Below are positions 30,598-41,722 of a DNA stretch of 64,000 nucleotides, one piece after another. Numbering within the stretch: position 1 is the first letter of the stretch; every line of letters begins with the position of its first letter. The notes beneath the pieces were generated by a model, which was not told the origin of the DNA, searched no databases, and saw nothing but the letters and a program-made list of their open reading frames with translations. Both the position numbers and the translations under genes were made by a program. The DNA comes from the human T2T-CHM13v2.0 reference genome, Homo sapiens: NCBI RefSeq assembly GCF_009914755.1, contig NC_060925.1, one strand, 5' to 3'.

Positions 30598-30989
30598 CAA
30601 TAGAAGCATGCCTTGTGCATTCATGGATTACTCCCCATGGGTCTATGGAGGAGAGTTTGTCCCCAGTTTTCCAGCTGGAAAACCAAGGGTCAGCAAGCTT
30701 CCTCGGCTGGCCCAACATCTCCCACCTGCTGAGTGCAGCCAGGATTAAAGTCCAGGTCTGGCTGAGTCCTGGGGATCCCAGGAGCCCCTGTTCATCCCCC
30801 CTCACTTATCCCCACCCCACTCTTCTCCGGAAGCACACGGCCCCCTGCCTCCTGTGGGATACACTTCGGCCCAGAATTGACTCATCCTCAGAACGCCCTG
30901 GCAGAGCCTGCCTTGGGCTGGCCCTGAACTGGAGGGTGGATTTGCAGAAGGTAATATCTCGGGTGCTCTTCCCCAGACAGCCTCTCTGG

Positions 30990-31480
30990 CCACATGTTTT
31001 AAAGGTCCCCAGGATGTGTTTTCCCCAGGTATGGTAAGACACATGTGTAAATGAGCTATTATGTTACCAGTTCCCTAGATACAGAAGGCAGGGCACCCTA
31101 CACAGGGCCACACGGGGAAGCACCAGGGCTGGTCAGGAGGCAAGTGGGGAGGAAAGGTGGGCAAACCACATTGATTGTGGTTTCTGCAAGAAGGAACGGA
31201 TTGGCTAGCTTGAATCATTACAGCAGACTCTGGCGTGCCTGTCCCATGCCCGGCCCTGGGATGATTAAGGCAGATAGCCGGTAGCTCAGAGTGTCAGAGC
31301 CTAGTAAAGGAGATGCTTGGGGGCTCTGGATTGGTTGGTTTGCACTTGAAAGGCTCTCTCCAGAGCTGTTTGCGATCTCTAGAAGTTGGCTCACCCTGGG
31401 AAGGGCAGCTTTTCCAGGGTCAGCATAGTGTCTGAGATATGAAAGCATCAGAATACAGAAACAAAAGACACAGTTAATAC
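30990..31480 (-). mobile_element. ERVL LTR, MER74/MER73/MER54-like
   Basis: GGCTCTGGATTGGTTGGTTTGCA; AAAGCATCAGAATACAGAAA...TTAATACA terminus. Confidence 0.65.
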
Positions 31481-32857
31481 ACATTTCCTTTGAAATCAGC
31501 CCAGGCAGATCCCAGGACCACCGCTGAACTATACAGACGCTTTTGTGCAAAGAAGAAAGTGCCCCTTCCTCAAGGCAGGCACAGGCCTGAGCCAGGCATG
31601 AGTCTGGGAGAGCAGATGCAGGCTGGATTTCAGCACCTGCTCAGCTGTTAGGCCAGGTGCCCTTGAGCAGTGCACAACCCACACAACCTTTCTGAGACCC
31701 TAGGGGGCCCTGCCTTCCCTCTATGCCAGGGGCCTGATCCAAGCCAGGGCCAGCCCAACCATGTCCCTTGGGGACAAACGGCTCCACAGCTCTGAGGGTG
31801 CCCACTGGACCAGAACATCCCGGACTGGCCGGTGTCTTATTGGCTCGTACTCTGTACACAAATCTGAAGCCCCTAAGCGAGGCTAAGTTCTGCTCTAAAA
31901 CCCCATGGGGGTAAACATCCTGCTCACAAAATAGCAGCAGGATGGAAACCTCCAGAGAGGAGCAAACGGTCTCTCAAGAGAAGTGCGTTCCTGGCTCTGC
32001 TCAAAGCCCGGGTCTGCCCCTCCCCAGCACTGCAGGGCCAGGGCTCCCATGGGGGACCCCGCTTTGAGCCTTCTTTCCCTAGTCAAGGGGGAGACTTCCT
32101 TGGAGAAACAGCAGCCCTCCTTGGACAGTAGAGAATAAACCTTCCTCCCTTCTGGAAAGAGGAGAATAAACCTTTTTCCCTTGGATTTTCCTCTGGAAAG
32201 ATCAGGATGAATATTCTGTGAGCATGGCCGCTGGGTTGTGGCCGAGTCGTCAGGGTGCAGACCCTGCTATTGAGGAAGTTTGGGTTTGGTTTATTTCCCC
32301 AGCAAAGAATGAAGTGAAGCAATGTCCTAACCTCGGGGTGTGACGTGCTCTGTGGTGGGCAATTTCAAAGCGGAAAGGTCAGCTAAAAGGAGAATCACAG
32401 AAAAGCAACGCCAGGAGGCGGCTCGGGCAGCATTCCCTGAATTCCAAGGAGGCCAGGAGCAGGAGCAGGTCATCTTCGATGGGGATGTGGAAATGTGCCT
32501 CCAGCCGTATTTTAGTTCTGGAAGTCATATTCATCAGTGCCAACCTCTTAGGGTCCAGTCAAGGGGGCCTCTCTCTACCCACCCAACGCCAGCCTTCGGA
32601 AGACCCAGGCGCAATGGCCCTGACTCCAAAGCTTCTCACTTCCTGCAGCCACGATGATTCCCAATGCTGGCCCCGGGTGCCACATCTGGAGACAGGATCA
32701 CAGCTGGCAAAGAGGACAGGCCCAGCCCCGGGAGGACCTGGGACCTCACCTTTCAATGTAGGAGACACTGCCGGCAGCTCTCCTTCCAGAAGGGGCGAGC
32801 ACCCCCTGGCCAGAGTCCCAGCCCAGGTCCAGTGTGAATGTCTTAAAAACAGTCCCC

Positions 32858-33182
<325 letters not shown>

Positions 33183-33319
33183 TCAAATACACATTCAGAA
33201 GAAGTAAAGAGGTAGCGGCAGGAGCTGATTAGGAAACTCAGCTTTGAACAGAACCAGAGAAGTCCCCTAGTCCCACAACCCATTTCTGTGATGGGGAGAG
33301 GCACAGACAAGAAACAGTT

Positions 33320-33890
33320 CTCTCCATGGTCACCATGGTGACAGGGGGACGCAGGGCTGGGACCGCCGCCCTGTCCTGCCCCTAGTCCTGACGTGTGACT
33401 CCCAGAAGGACCCGCCACCACTGCGTGAACACACATCCATCTCCGAAACTGCTGGGTTCCCAGAGCCGGCAGAGCGGCCGGCCTTTCAAACCCTGTGTTT
33501 TAAATTGCCCAATTAGCCAACCAGAATTGCCCTGGTGACACACACTGTCCCCAGCCTCCTTGGCCAAGAAATAATTCTGCGATCGTTAATACTGACTCTG
33601 CTTCTGCCGCCCGCCTCGCCCAGAGACTGACCAATCGCTCCCAGGAGGCTGACCGGCCCCTCAAGTGGAAGGAAAACTAAGGGCAGAGTCAGAGGTCGCC
33701 TCTGTGCCGCAGCGGTCCCTGAGGAGCCGGGTGCATGGGTGGGAGTGAGCGTGTGGAGAAGCCAGGCCATTGGGAAGACAAAGGGGCCATTGGAGCCCCC
33801 GCTGCTGCCACAAGACACCGCCTCCGCATCCATGGAATCTTCCACTGGGCGCCGCTGCCGCTCCTGCCACGGTGGCTACTGTCACCACCA
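33320..33890. promoter_or_regulatory. CpG-enriched unique segment, candidate enhancer or promoter
   Basis: Raised CpG density by eye, CCAAT motifs, palindromic X-box at 33329-33342; no functional data. Confidence 0.3.
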
Positions 33891-36389
33891 GGGCACAAAC
33901 CAAAGCCAATACAGGTTCAAAAAAGAACAACACATAAGCACATCAGCCTCGGAGCCCCAGCTCTAGAAGGAGACAGGCACAATCGGACCCCACCTGTGGC
34001 TTCATGGTCCCCAAAGCCTGGGCTATGCTCAGGGCTGGAGGAGGAGCGAGACCTAGACCCCAAAGACAGCTCAATGCTCCGGGGATGCTCCGAACTAAGA
34101 GAGGCAGAAATATGCCTGGAAAGGCAGCTGTTTCATTTGGGGCATTAAAAACGCCTTTGGTTGGTAGGTGGAAGGCCGACTTCTTGGTCAGGGGTTTCAG
34201 GAGGATGAGAGGTAAATAGGAGACACTCAACGAGCTTCAGGGGAAGTGTCGGCTAGGCAGTGGGCAGGAGGAAGCCTCCCTAAAAATCCACCAGGTGCTG
34301 GTCCCCGGAAAGGCATCTTTCTTGGATTATCTCACAAGGATCCTAAGAAATAGGTGCAACTCTTCCCACTTTAAAGAGATCAAACGGAGGTCCACAAAGG
34401 CTAGGAGCAGTGCCCAGGGTTGGCCAAGATGCAATCCCAGATCTGTCTCCCTCAGAAACCCAAAAAGAGGCAGCAGTGGTGTTGCTTCTGGCAATGACCT
34501 CAAGTGGTCTCACAACCTTCTCTACACTTGGCCTGGGGTCAGAGCCCAGCCCCCCGACTTGTTTGTTCCCAGACTCCCCTAGCACATCCTCTCTCTCCGT
34601 TCCCTGAGGTAGGAGCCCTCCTTCCCCTGATGCCATGGAGGTGCAGGCCCCACATCTCTGTCAGTTCACGGGCCAAACCCCTGCTCCCCAGGGACCCTAC
34701 GTGACTGAGTTCCCACTGCAGGGGGACCACAAAGTCAGTAGGAGGCATGGCTGCTCCGGGAGATGGGGCCACAGCTGGAGGGTGTCCCACGCTCCTGAAC
34801 CCATGATGATTTCACACAACCCGGAGATGAAACAGGCTCAGTCTGCAGCCTAAAGAGCTCCAGCCCCCGATCCCAATGGGAACAGGGGAGAGGTGGCTTC
34901 TCATGGCAGAAGAGACATTCATCAGCACCTCCTCCAGGAAGCCTCCCCTGACTTCCCTCCACCAAGAGATTCAGCCCGTCTCAGTGCTCTCACAGCACCT
35001 GGGCTCATCACAGTCCAAGCCCTTGACACAGCGGAAGGTATGTCAAGATAAAATGGACCGCCTTAATCCCATTTGAAGCAAGACAGCTGCAAAAGCTAAC
35101 ATCACCCTGAATCGTAATTGTCTATTCACTTGTCTCCCCACAGGCAGAGACAGCGTGTTTGTCTTTGCATGCACAGAACTTGGCGAGGTGCCTGCCCGTC
35201 GTTAGTACTGAAATAATAAATGTTGCAGATCTAATAATAACAATAATAATATCTAACATAGATGTGGGCACTGGGCCAGCTCTGTGCAGACAACACCTCT
35301 CCTGCCCTAGCCCAGTCCTCCCAAAGGGCCCCTGTGACTGCCAGTTCTATACCCACACTGTATGTGATGATGCACCATTTAGAGGGGTGAAAACTCTTGT
35401 CCAAAGTCACCTAGCTACTCAGGGTCAGAGGCTGTTGGATCCCAACACCCAACACCACAACACTTCAGTGACAGCGCAGCCCAGGATAGGAGCACTGGAA
35501 GAAAAGGGGATTTCAGTGGTACAACATTGAAAGATGGTGGACAGAGCCTGGGGTCAGGAGGCCTGAAAACCGGCCTGACTAGAGAGAAGTCACATCCTCA
35601 CTCCGCCCCAGGATCTGAGCTCACCATCCATCAAAGGGTAGAACATGAGCAGACATGATGAGAATCACAAGATTCTCTTTGGAAGCCCCGGAAACTCTCC
35701 CAAGCTTGGGAAGGAGGAGGTAGGGGCCAAGGGCTCAGCTCAGTGGCCAGAGGACACAGTGAAAATGTGGCAATGTTCCTTTCAAATCTAGGAACCCCAA
35801 AGGTGGGAGGAGGTAGAGGGTCATGAAAAATCACACACAGGGGTTCTCTGAAGGTGAGAACAAGCCCATCAGCCTTTCCCCACCCGTCCCCTCCCAATCT
35901 GCATCTGTGCCTTGCCCTGGCAGGCACCCAGAGTTGTCTGACTGCGGTGTCAACAAATTGCTCCTGGCCTGTGGCTTGTGTAGATGAACTGATTAAGTCT
36001 CATTAGGTGTTTTTAAACAATTAATACCTGCAAGACCACAGGAAATCATGATAATTAAGTCTAAATTAAATGCCGCTTTGAAATTTCACTTCCAGGACTA
36101 AACTAGCTATAGTCAATTCTACCAGATTGGACTGAACTGGTATTTAAATCTGAATTGTACCCAGGGATGGGGTCTGAAAACTCAGGTGGGTGGGGTGTGG
36201 AGAATGACCCACAGGTTCAGAAGCACAGTGGGGTGTGTCTGTCTGGGGGACTTGGGTCTTTCTTGGTTGGTGGTACTGCCTTGGGTGCTCACTGCATCTT
36301 CCGGCTGCTTTGTTCTCGCCCCTGCCTTTTGATAAGTGTTCTCTGATTTCTCCTGGGAATGCCCCTCGCCACCACTAGACATTTAGTTT

Positions 36390-36720
36390 GGGTGGTGTCC
36401 TCTCCCACCTTGATCCCAAGAAGGGACATGTGATTCAAAACTGACCAATCAGAGCACTGCATTTCTCTGGCCATAGTGATTGGTCCAGCAATGGGCATGT
36501 GATCCAAGCTGAGCAAATAAATGCCATGGGACTTTTGCAGGGGCTGCTGGGAGAGAGGCTTGGAGGAAAGTGTTGCCAGAACTGAGGCAGCATATTGCCA
36601 CCATGAAGGCACAGCCCATAAGAAAACCAGGCCAATACAAAGGAGCAGAGATGAAGCATGAAAAAGAGAAAGTGGGCCTGGAGGACACTGTCTGAACCCC
36701 CGGATGAAGGGACTAGCGGC
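36390..36720 (+). mobile_element. old MLT1 (K/L-like) LTR fragment
   Basis: ACCAATCAGAGCAC...GGCCATAGTGATTGGTCCAGCAATGGGCATGTGA. Confidence 0.6.
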
Positions 36721-36743
36721 AAAGATGTGTCTCATGTATACAT

Positions 36744-36873
36744 GTTTTTTAAATAGAGATGAGGTCTCACTATGTTGCCCAGGCTGGTCACACACTCCTG
36801 AGCTGAAGTGATCCTCCCGCCCCAGCCTCCCAGAGTGCTGTGATTTACTGATGTGAGCCACTGTGCCTAGCCT
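36744..36873 (-). mobile_element. FLAM / Alu left monomer
   Basis: TAGAGATGAGGTCTCACTATGTTGCCCAGGCTGG...GAGCCACTGTGCCTAGCC. Confidence 0.85.
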
Positions 36874-36877
36874 GTAT

Positions 36878-36878
36878 C

Positions 36879-36936
<58 letters not shown>

Positions 36937-37137
36937 CTTTTTTTTTTAAAAGACAGAGTCTCGTTCTGTTGCCCAGGCTGGAGTGCAGTGGTCTGAGGCT
37001 AATTTTTGTAATTTTTCAATAGAGATGGAGTTTCACCATGTTGGCCAGGCTGGTTTTGAACTCCTGACCTTAGGTGATCCACCCGCCTCAGCCTCCCAAA
37101 GTGCTGAGATTACAGGTGTGAGCCACCGCTCCTGGCC
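36878..37137 (-). mobile_element. AluS with ~100-bp right-arm deletion and (TA)n tail
   Basis: (TA)n to 36933; GAGTGCAGTGGT joined almost directly to GGCTAATTTTTG. Confidence 0.88.
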
Positions 37138-37534
37138 GTTCTCGCGTATTTTTAAAGGAGATTTACAGTGAGTTGCGTTGAGATTTGTTTTGATGTATTT
37201 CATGATATGCGTAGACTCTAGGCAGTGCCAGCACCCCAGGCCAAGTCCTGTTTCACCAAGGGGGAATTTGGAGTGCCTGGGGGCTGACTGAGCAACCCCC
37301 AGCTTGCATCTTCCTTCACTTGCACAGACCAGAGTCGGGAATAGAGTGGGGCGAGGCAGGCCCTTGCAGGGCCCTGAGAGTAATTCCTCTTTAAATGTTA
37401 CCCCCTTCGGTGCCCCATCTACCTCACTGTGGTGCCAGCCCTGGTGTGGACTGTAGCCCGCCAGCTCAGAGCTGGGCAGCCAGCCATAAGCACACACTGG
37501 AAACTGTGACTCCTGAGTTGTTGTTGTTTTGACC

Positions 37535-38865
37535 AAAAAGATTGTATATATTTATCCTGTACAACATGTTGTTTTAAAATATGCAGACACTGTGAAATGG
37601 CTAAATCGAGCTAATTAACACGTGTATCACCTCACATACTTATCATTATTTTCTGGTGAAAACACTTAACATCTGCTGTCAGCACATCTTCAAGACTGCA
37701 ATACGTTGTTATTAACTATAATCACCATGTTATGTCATAGATCTCTTGAACTCATTCCTCTCTTCTAACTGAAATTCTATGTCCTTTGACCAAATTCTCC
37801 CCAAACATCTCTCCTCCTCCCAGGCCCTGGTAACCACCATTCTACTCTGCTTCTGTGAGTTCAACTGTTTTAGATTCCACATATAAGTAAGGTCATAAGG
37901 TATTTGTCTCTCTGTGGTATTTGTCTCCTGCTTCACTTCACATAATGTCCTCCAGGTCCATCCATGTTGTTGAAAATGACAGGATTTCCCTCTTTCTTGT
38001 TGTTTGTTTGTTTGTTTTGAGACAGGGTCTCTCACTCCCATAGCCCAGGATGGAGTGCAGTGGCATAAACTTGGCTCAACTTCTGTGATGGTTAATACTG
38101 AGTGTCAACTTGATTGGATTGAAGGTTGCAAAGCATTGTTCCTGGTTTGGCTGTGTCCCCACCCAAATCTCACCTTGAATTGTAATAATCCCATGTCAAG
38201 GGCAGAGCCAGGTGGAGATAATTGAATCATGGGTGCAGTTCCCCCATACTGTTCTTGTGGTAGTGAATAAGTCTCATGAGATCTGATGTTTTATAAAGGG
38301 CAGTTCCCCCGCACACACTCTCTTGCCTGTTGCCATGTAAGATGTGCCTTTGCTTCTCCCTTGCCTTCTGCCGTCGTTGCAAGGCCTCCTCAGCTCTGTG
38401 GAACTGTGAGTCCATTAAAACTCTTTCCTTTATAAATGACCCAGTCTCAGGTATGTCTTTATTAGCAGCATGAGAACCAACTAATACAACTTCCCAGGCT
38501 CAGGTAATCCTTCCCACCTCAGCCTCCCAAGTAGCTGGGACTACAGGAATGCACCACCACACCTGGCTAATTTTTGTATTTTTAGTAGAGAGGGGGTTTC
38601 ACTGTGTTGCTTAGGCTGGTCTTGAACTTCTGGGCTCAAGTGATCCACCTGCCTTGGCCTCCCTCTTTTTTATGGCTGAATAATACTCCATTGTGTATCT
38701 CTACCCCATTTTCTTTATCCACTCATCTGTTGATGACACTTAGGTTGCTTCCATATCTTGTCTATTGTGAACAGTGTGGCAACGAACATGAGAGTGCACC
38801 TATCTCTTGGACATACTGGCTTCATTTCCCTTGGATTTACATCCAGAAGTGGGGTTGCTGGGTCC
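37535..38865 (-). mobile_element. L1MA 3' region interrupted by an AluJ (38001-38660) that itself contains an LTR
   Basis: GGCTAAATCGAGCTAATTAACA; TTAGATTCCACATATAAGT; L1 resumes TTTTTATGGCTGAATAATACTCCATTGTGTAT. Confidence 0.88.
38084..38488 (+). mobile_element. chimeric solo LTR: MLT2A (HERV-L) 5' 62 bp fused to THE1 (THE1C-like)
   Basis: TGTGATGGTTAATACTGAGTGTCAACTTGATTGGATTGAAGG start; TGGTTTGGCTGTGTCCCCACCCAAATCTC...CTAATACA; ACTTC TSD on both sides. Confidence 0.9.
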
Positions 38866-40792
38866 TGTGAATCCTGATCTCTAATCTCAAGTTTCCCACC
38901 TACTGTTGGCCCTGGGCAGCCCTTCTGCCTTCTTAGGACCTTGCTTTTCTCATCTGTGCAATGGGAGAGTTGGATCACTTTCCTTGGGCCTGATCAGCCC
39001 TAAATTGTAGAATTCTTCTAGCGCTTTTGCACAAAGAAGACCCAAAGGCCCTCGCACGCCTGTGCCTGGTCAGCCCACATTAGCCCAAACCTTCCTGGCT
39101 AAGTAAAGCTGTGAGCTGTAGAAGGAGAGTGGGCCAGAAGCTGATGCTGGCTCACCTGTGACCCCAGCAAGATGGAACATGCTGTTACTCTGTGGCTCCT
39201 CGTGTTGGCTGTGCTGGGAAGAACATCCCAAACAGAGGGGAAAATCATTTCTGGCACTGAATAAAAGGAACATCCTCTACTGAGGCACCTGGGGACACAG
39301 CAGCCCCTTAGGTCTGTGGCTCCCAGTCTGAGAGAGAGCACTGTTCTTGTCCAGCCTGTTCAGATAGGGACATTTCTTCCCATCCCAACCTCTGGGTCAC
39401 GTAGCTGTCCTCCTTTGCCCCTGGGGCTGGGCGCCACAGTTCCCAGGCCACATTAGCATGGAATCGAGCCCATCTCCCAGCCTAAGTGCTCACTGAGCAG
39501 CAGCCAATTAATCCCTGAGCAGTGCGTCCGACACACGCTGTAAAACAGAGACGACTCAAAGCCCAGAATATGAGCCACGGTCAGTACATTTTGAGTTGCT
39601 CAGCCATGAGCAGCACAGATGGTGGCACAGTGGCTCAGCCCCCGGCAGGCAAGGGAGGTGTCCACCTCTGGGAGACAGAGAAACATGTGCACTCTCTGTC
39701 CCCTCCACCCTGCTGCCAACTTTGCAACGTAGAAAGTGTCCCAACATGAAGAGGAGAAAGAACAGAGACCCTTGAGAAATTCGAGCAACATTTTCCTGGA
39801 CCTCGCACGATTGCCACCTGCCTGGGTCACGGGGTACCCCCTTAGCTCTGGTCATATCAGCATCATCGCACATGGCCAAGTCTTCTTTGAGTGCCCACCG
39901 CATGCCCACAGCTGTTCCCGGGATGCACGCCAGACGAGGTACCCCTTTGTACTGCACGATCGGTAGCAGTGTCTTCTCCTCACCAAGCCTCTGCTTCTCA
40001 TATGGAAATCAGTCAAGATGACAGCATCGTCACTCATGAGACTGTTGTGACCACACAGGCAGAGCACTTGGCAGGGGACCTGGCGTGCAGAGCGTCCTCA
40101 ACACATTATACTCACTGCACGTGTGAGTCTCTGGGAGGGGCACGTGGCTCTGCCATCCTGCAGCTTGCAGCTGGTTAAGGAGGCAGTGCTTCCAGAGAGA
40201 GGTCATCTGAAGACCGAACCTTGCAATGCGCCCCATTAGTGCCACAGGATGGCAAGGGAGATTGAGCATGGGCTGGGGGTGGGAGGGCTCTGGAGGGAGC
40301 TTGAAGCACAGATAGGACTTGGGGTGGCGTTATCTGGGAGAGGGGGGCAGAGAAGTCCAGCGGTGGAGACAGTATGTGTGGTGCATCCAGGCAGTGGCTG
40401 GAGCATCCAGCGGCAGGATGGGGGGTGTTCCACCCTCCCTCCCTTCCCTGGTTCCTGCTCCACAAGGCCGTGTGGTCCTCAGAGCTGAGGGAGAGCAAGG
40501 CCTGAGAGTTGGGGAGACTTAGGGAGTGCACAAACCCTGCCCTGAGTGTGGCCACCCTGGACTTGATCATCTGTGCTGGGCAACAACCAAAAGAGCGTAA
40601 GCAGAGTGGGACTTGAACGCTTTGCCCTGCAGATTACCCTGCCCTCCCCTACTCCTAGGGCCTCAGGCCAGGCTGCATCCTGGAAATGTGAGAGAAAAAG
40701 GAGCAGGCTGCTTTCTGAGGCCAAGCGCTGAATTCTCAGCGCCCAGGATGGGGTCCCTAGCCAGCCAGGCATGGCGGGGCCTCCCTGCAGTC

Positions 40793-41467
40793 TGTCAGCA
40801 TCTGGGGTGTCAGGGCTATCAGGAAAAAACCCAGCAGAGGCAGCTGCAGGAGCAAGGGGCAGGGGAACACAGAGACTGTCTGCTGGGGGCTCCTGAGCCT
40901 GGCCGTGGCTGCGTGCCGGCCTCCTGGCCTGCAGCAAGGCTCCAGGTGAGCAGAAAATTGAGATTGGCTGCCACTGCGCAGCTGCCCACCACGGGTCCAG
41001 CCCAAAGCCTTTGACACCCCAAGCAGCATTGGTGCAGCATCCTCAGCCTCGTCACTATTGATATCTCAGGCGGGACAAATCTCTTTCGTGTCAGGTGGCC
41101 GGGGTGGGCCACCTGTGCATGGTAGAATGTTTAACAACATCTCTCACCCCTAACCCCGAAGCCTACCCCTTGTAACAACCAAAATGTCTCCAAGTATTGC
41201 CAGATGTCCCCCGGGGTGATGGGGCAAAATATGGTGCTTAGGGTGTGAGAGGCTTTGGGCTGGACCTGTGGTGGGCAGCTGCGCAGTGGCAGTCAATCTC
41301 ACTTTTCTGCTCACCTGCAGCCTTGCTGCAGGCCAGGAGGCCGGCACGCAGCCATGGCCAGGCTCAGGAGCCCCCAGCAGACAGTCTCTGTGTTCCCCTG
41401 CCCCTTGCTCCTGCAGCTGCCTCTGCTGAGTTTTTTCCTGGTAGCTACGACACCCCAGATGCTGACA
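40793..41467. repeat. long inverted repeat, 237-bp arms, 201-bp spacer
   Basis: 40793-41029 vs reverse complement of 41231-41467; 14 mismatches by manual alignment (~94%). Confidence 0.97.
41035..41230 (-). mobile_element. MER20, with its terminal AGAACCACTG displaced to 41722-41731
   Basis: CTCAGCCTCGTCACTATTGA...ACAACCAAAATGTCTCC...TTGCCAGATGTCCCC...GGGGCAAAAT. Confidence 0.85.
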
Positions 41468-41722
41468 CCGCATATTCTCACTCATAGGTGGAATTGAACA
41501 ATGCGAACACATGGACACAGGAAGGGGAACATCACACTCTGGGGACTGTTGTGGGGTGGGGGGAGGGGGGAGGGATAGCTTTAGGAGATATACCTAATGC
41601 TAAATGACGAGTTAATGGGTGCAGCACACCAGCATGGCACATGTATACATATGTAACTAATCTGCACATTGTGCACATATACCCTAAAACTTAAAGTATA
41701 ATAATAATAAAATTAAAAAAAA
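41465..41722 (+). mobile_element. L1PA3-like 3' UTR, heavily 5'-truncated
   Basis: ACACCGCATATTCTCACTCATAGGTG...GCTAAATGACGAGTTAATGGGTGCAGCACACC...TAAAGTATAATAAT + A tail. Confidence 0.93.

Noticed and set aside
41143-41170. Telomere-like CCCTAACCCCGAA inside MER20
   Set aside because: Only one exact hexamer; too short to separate from chance.
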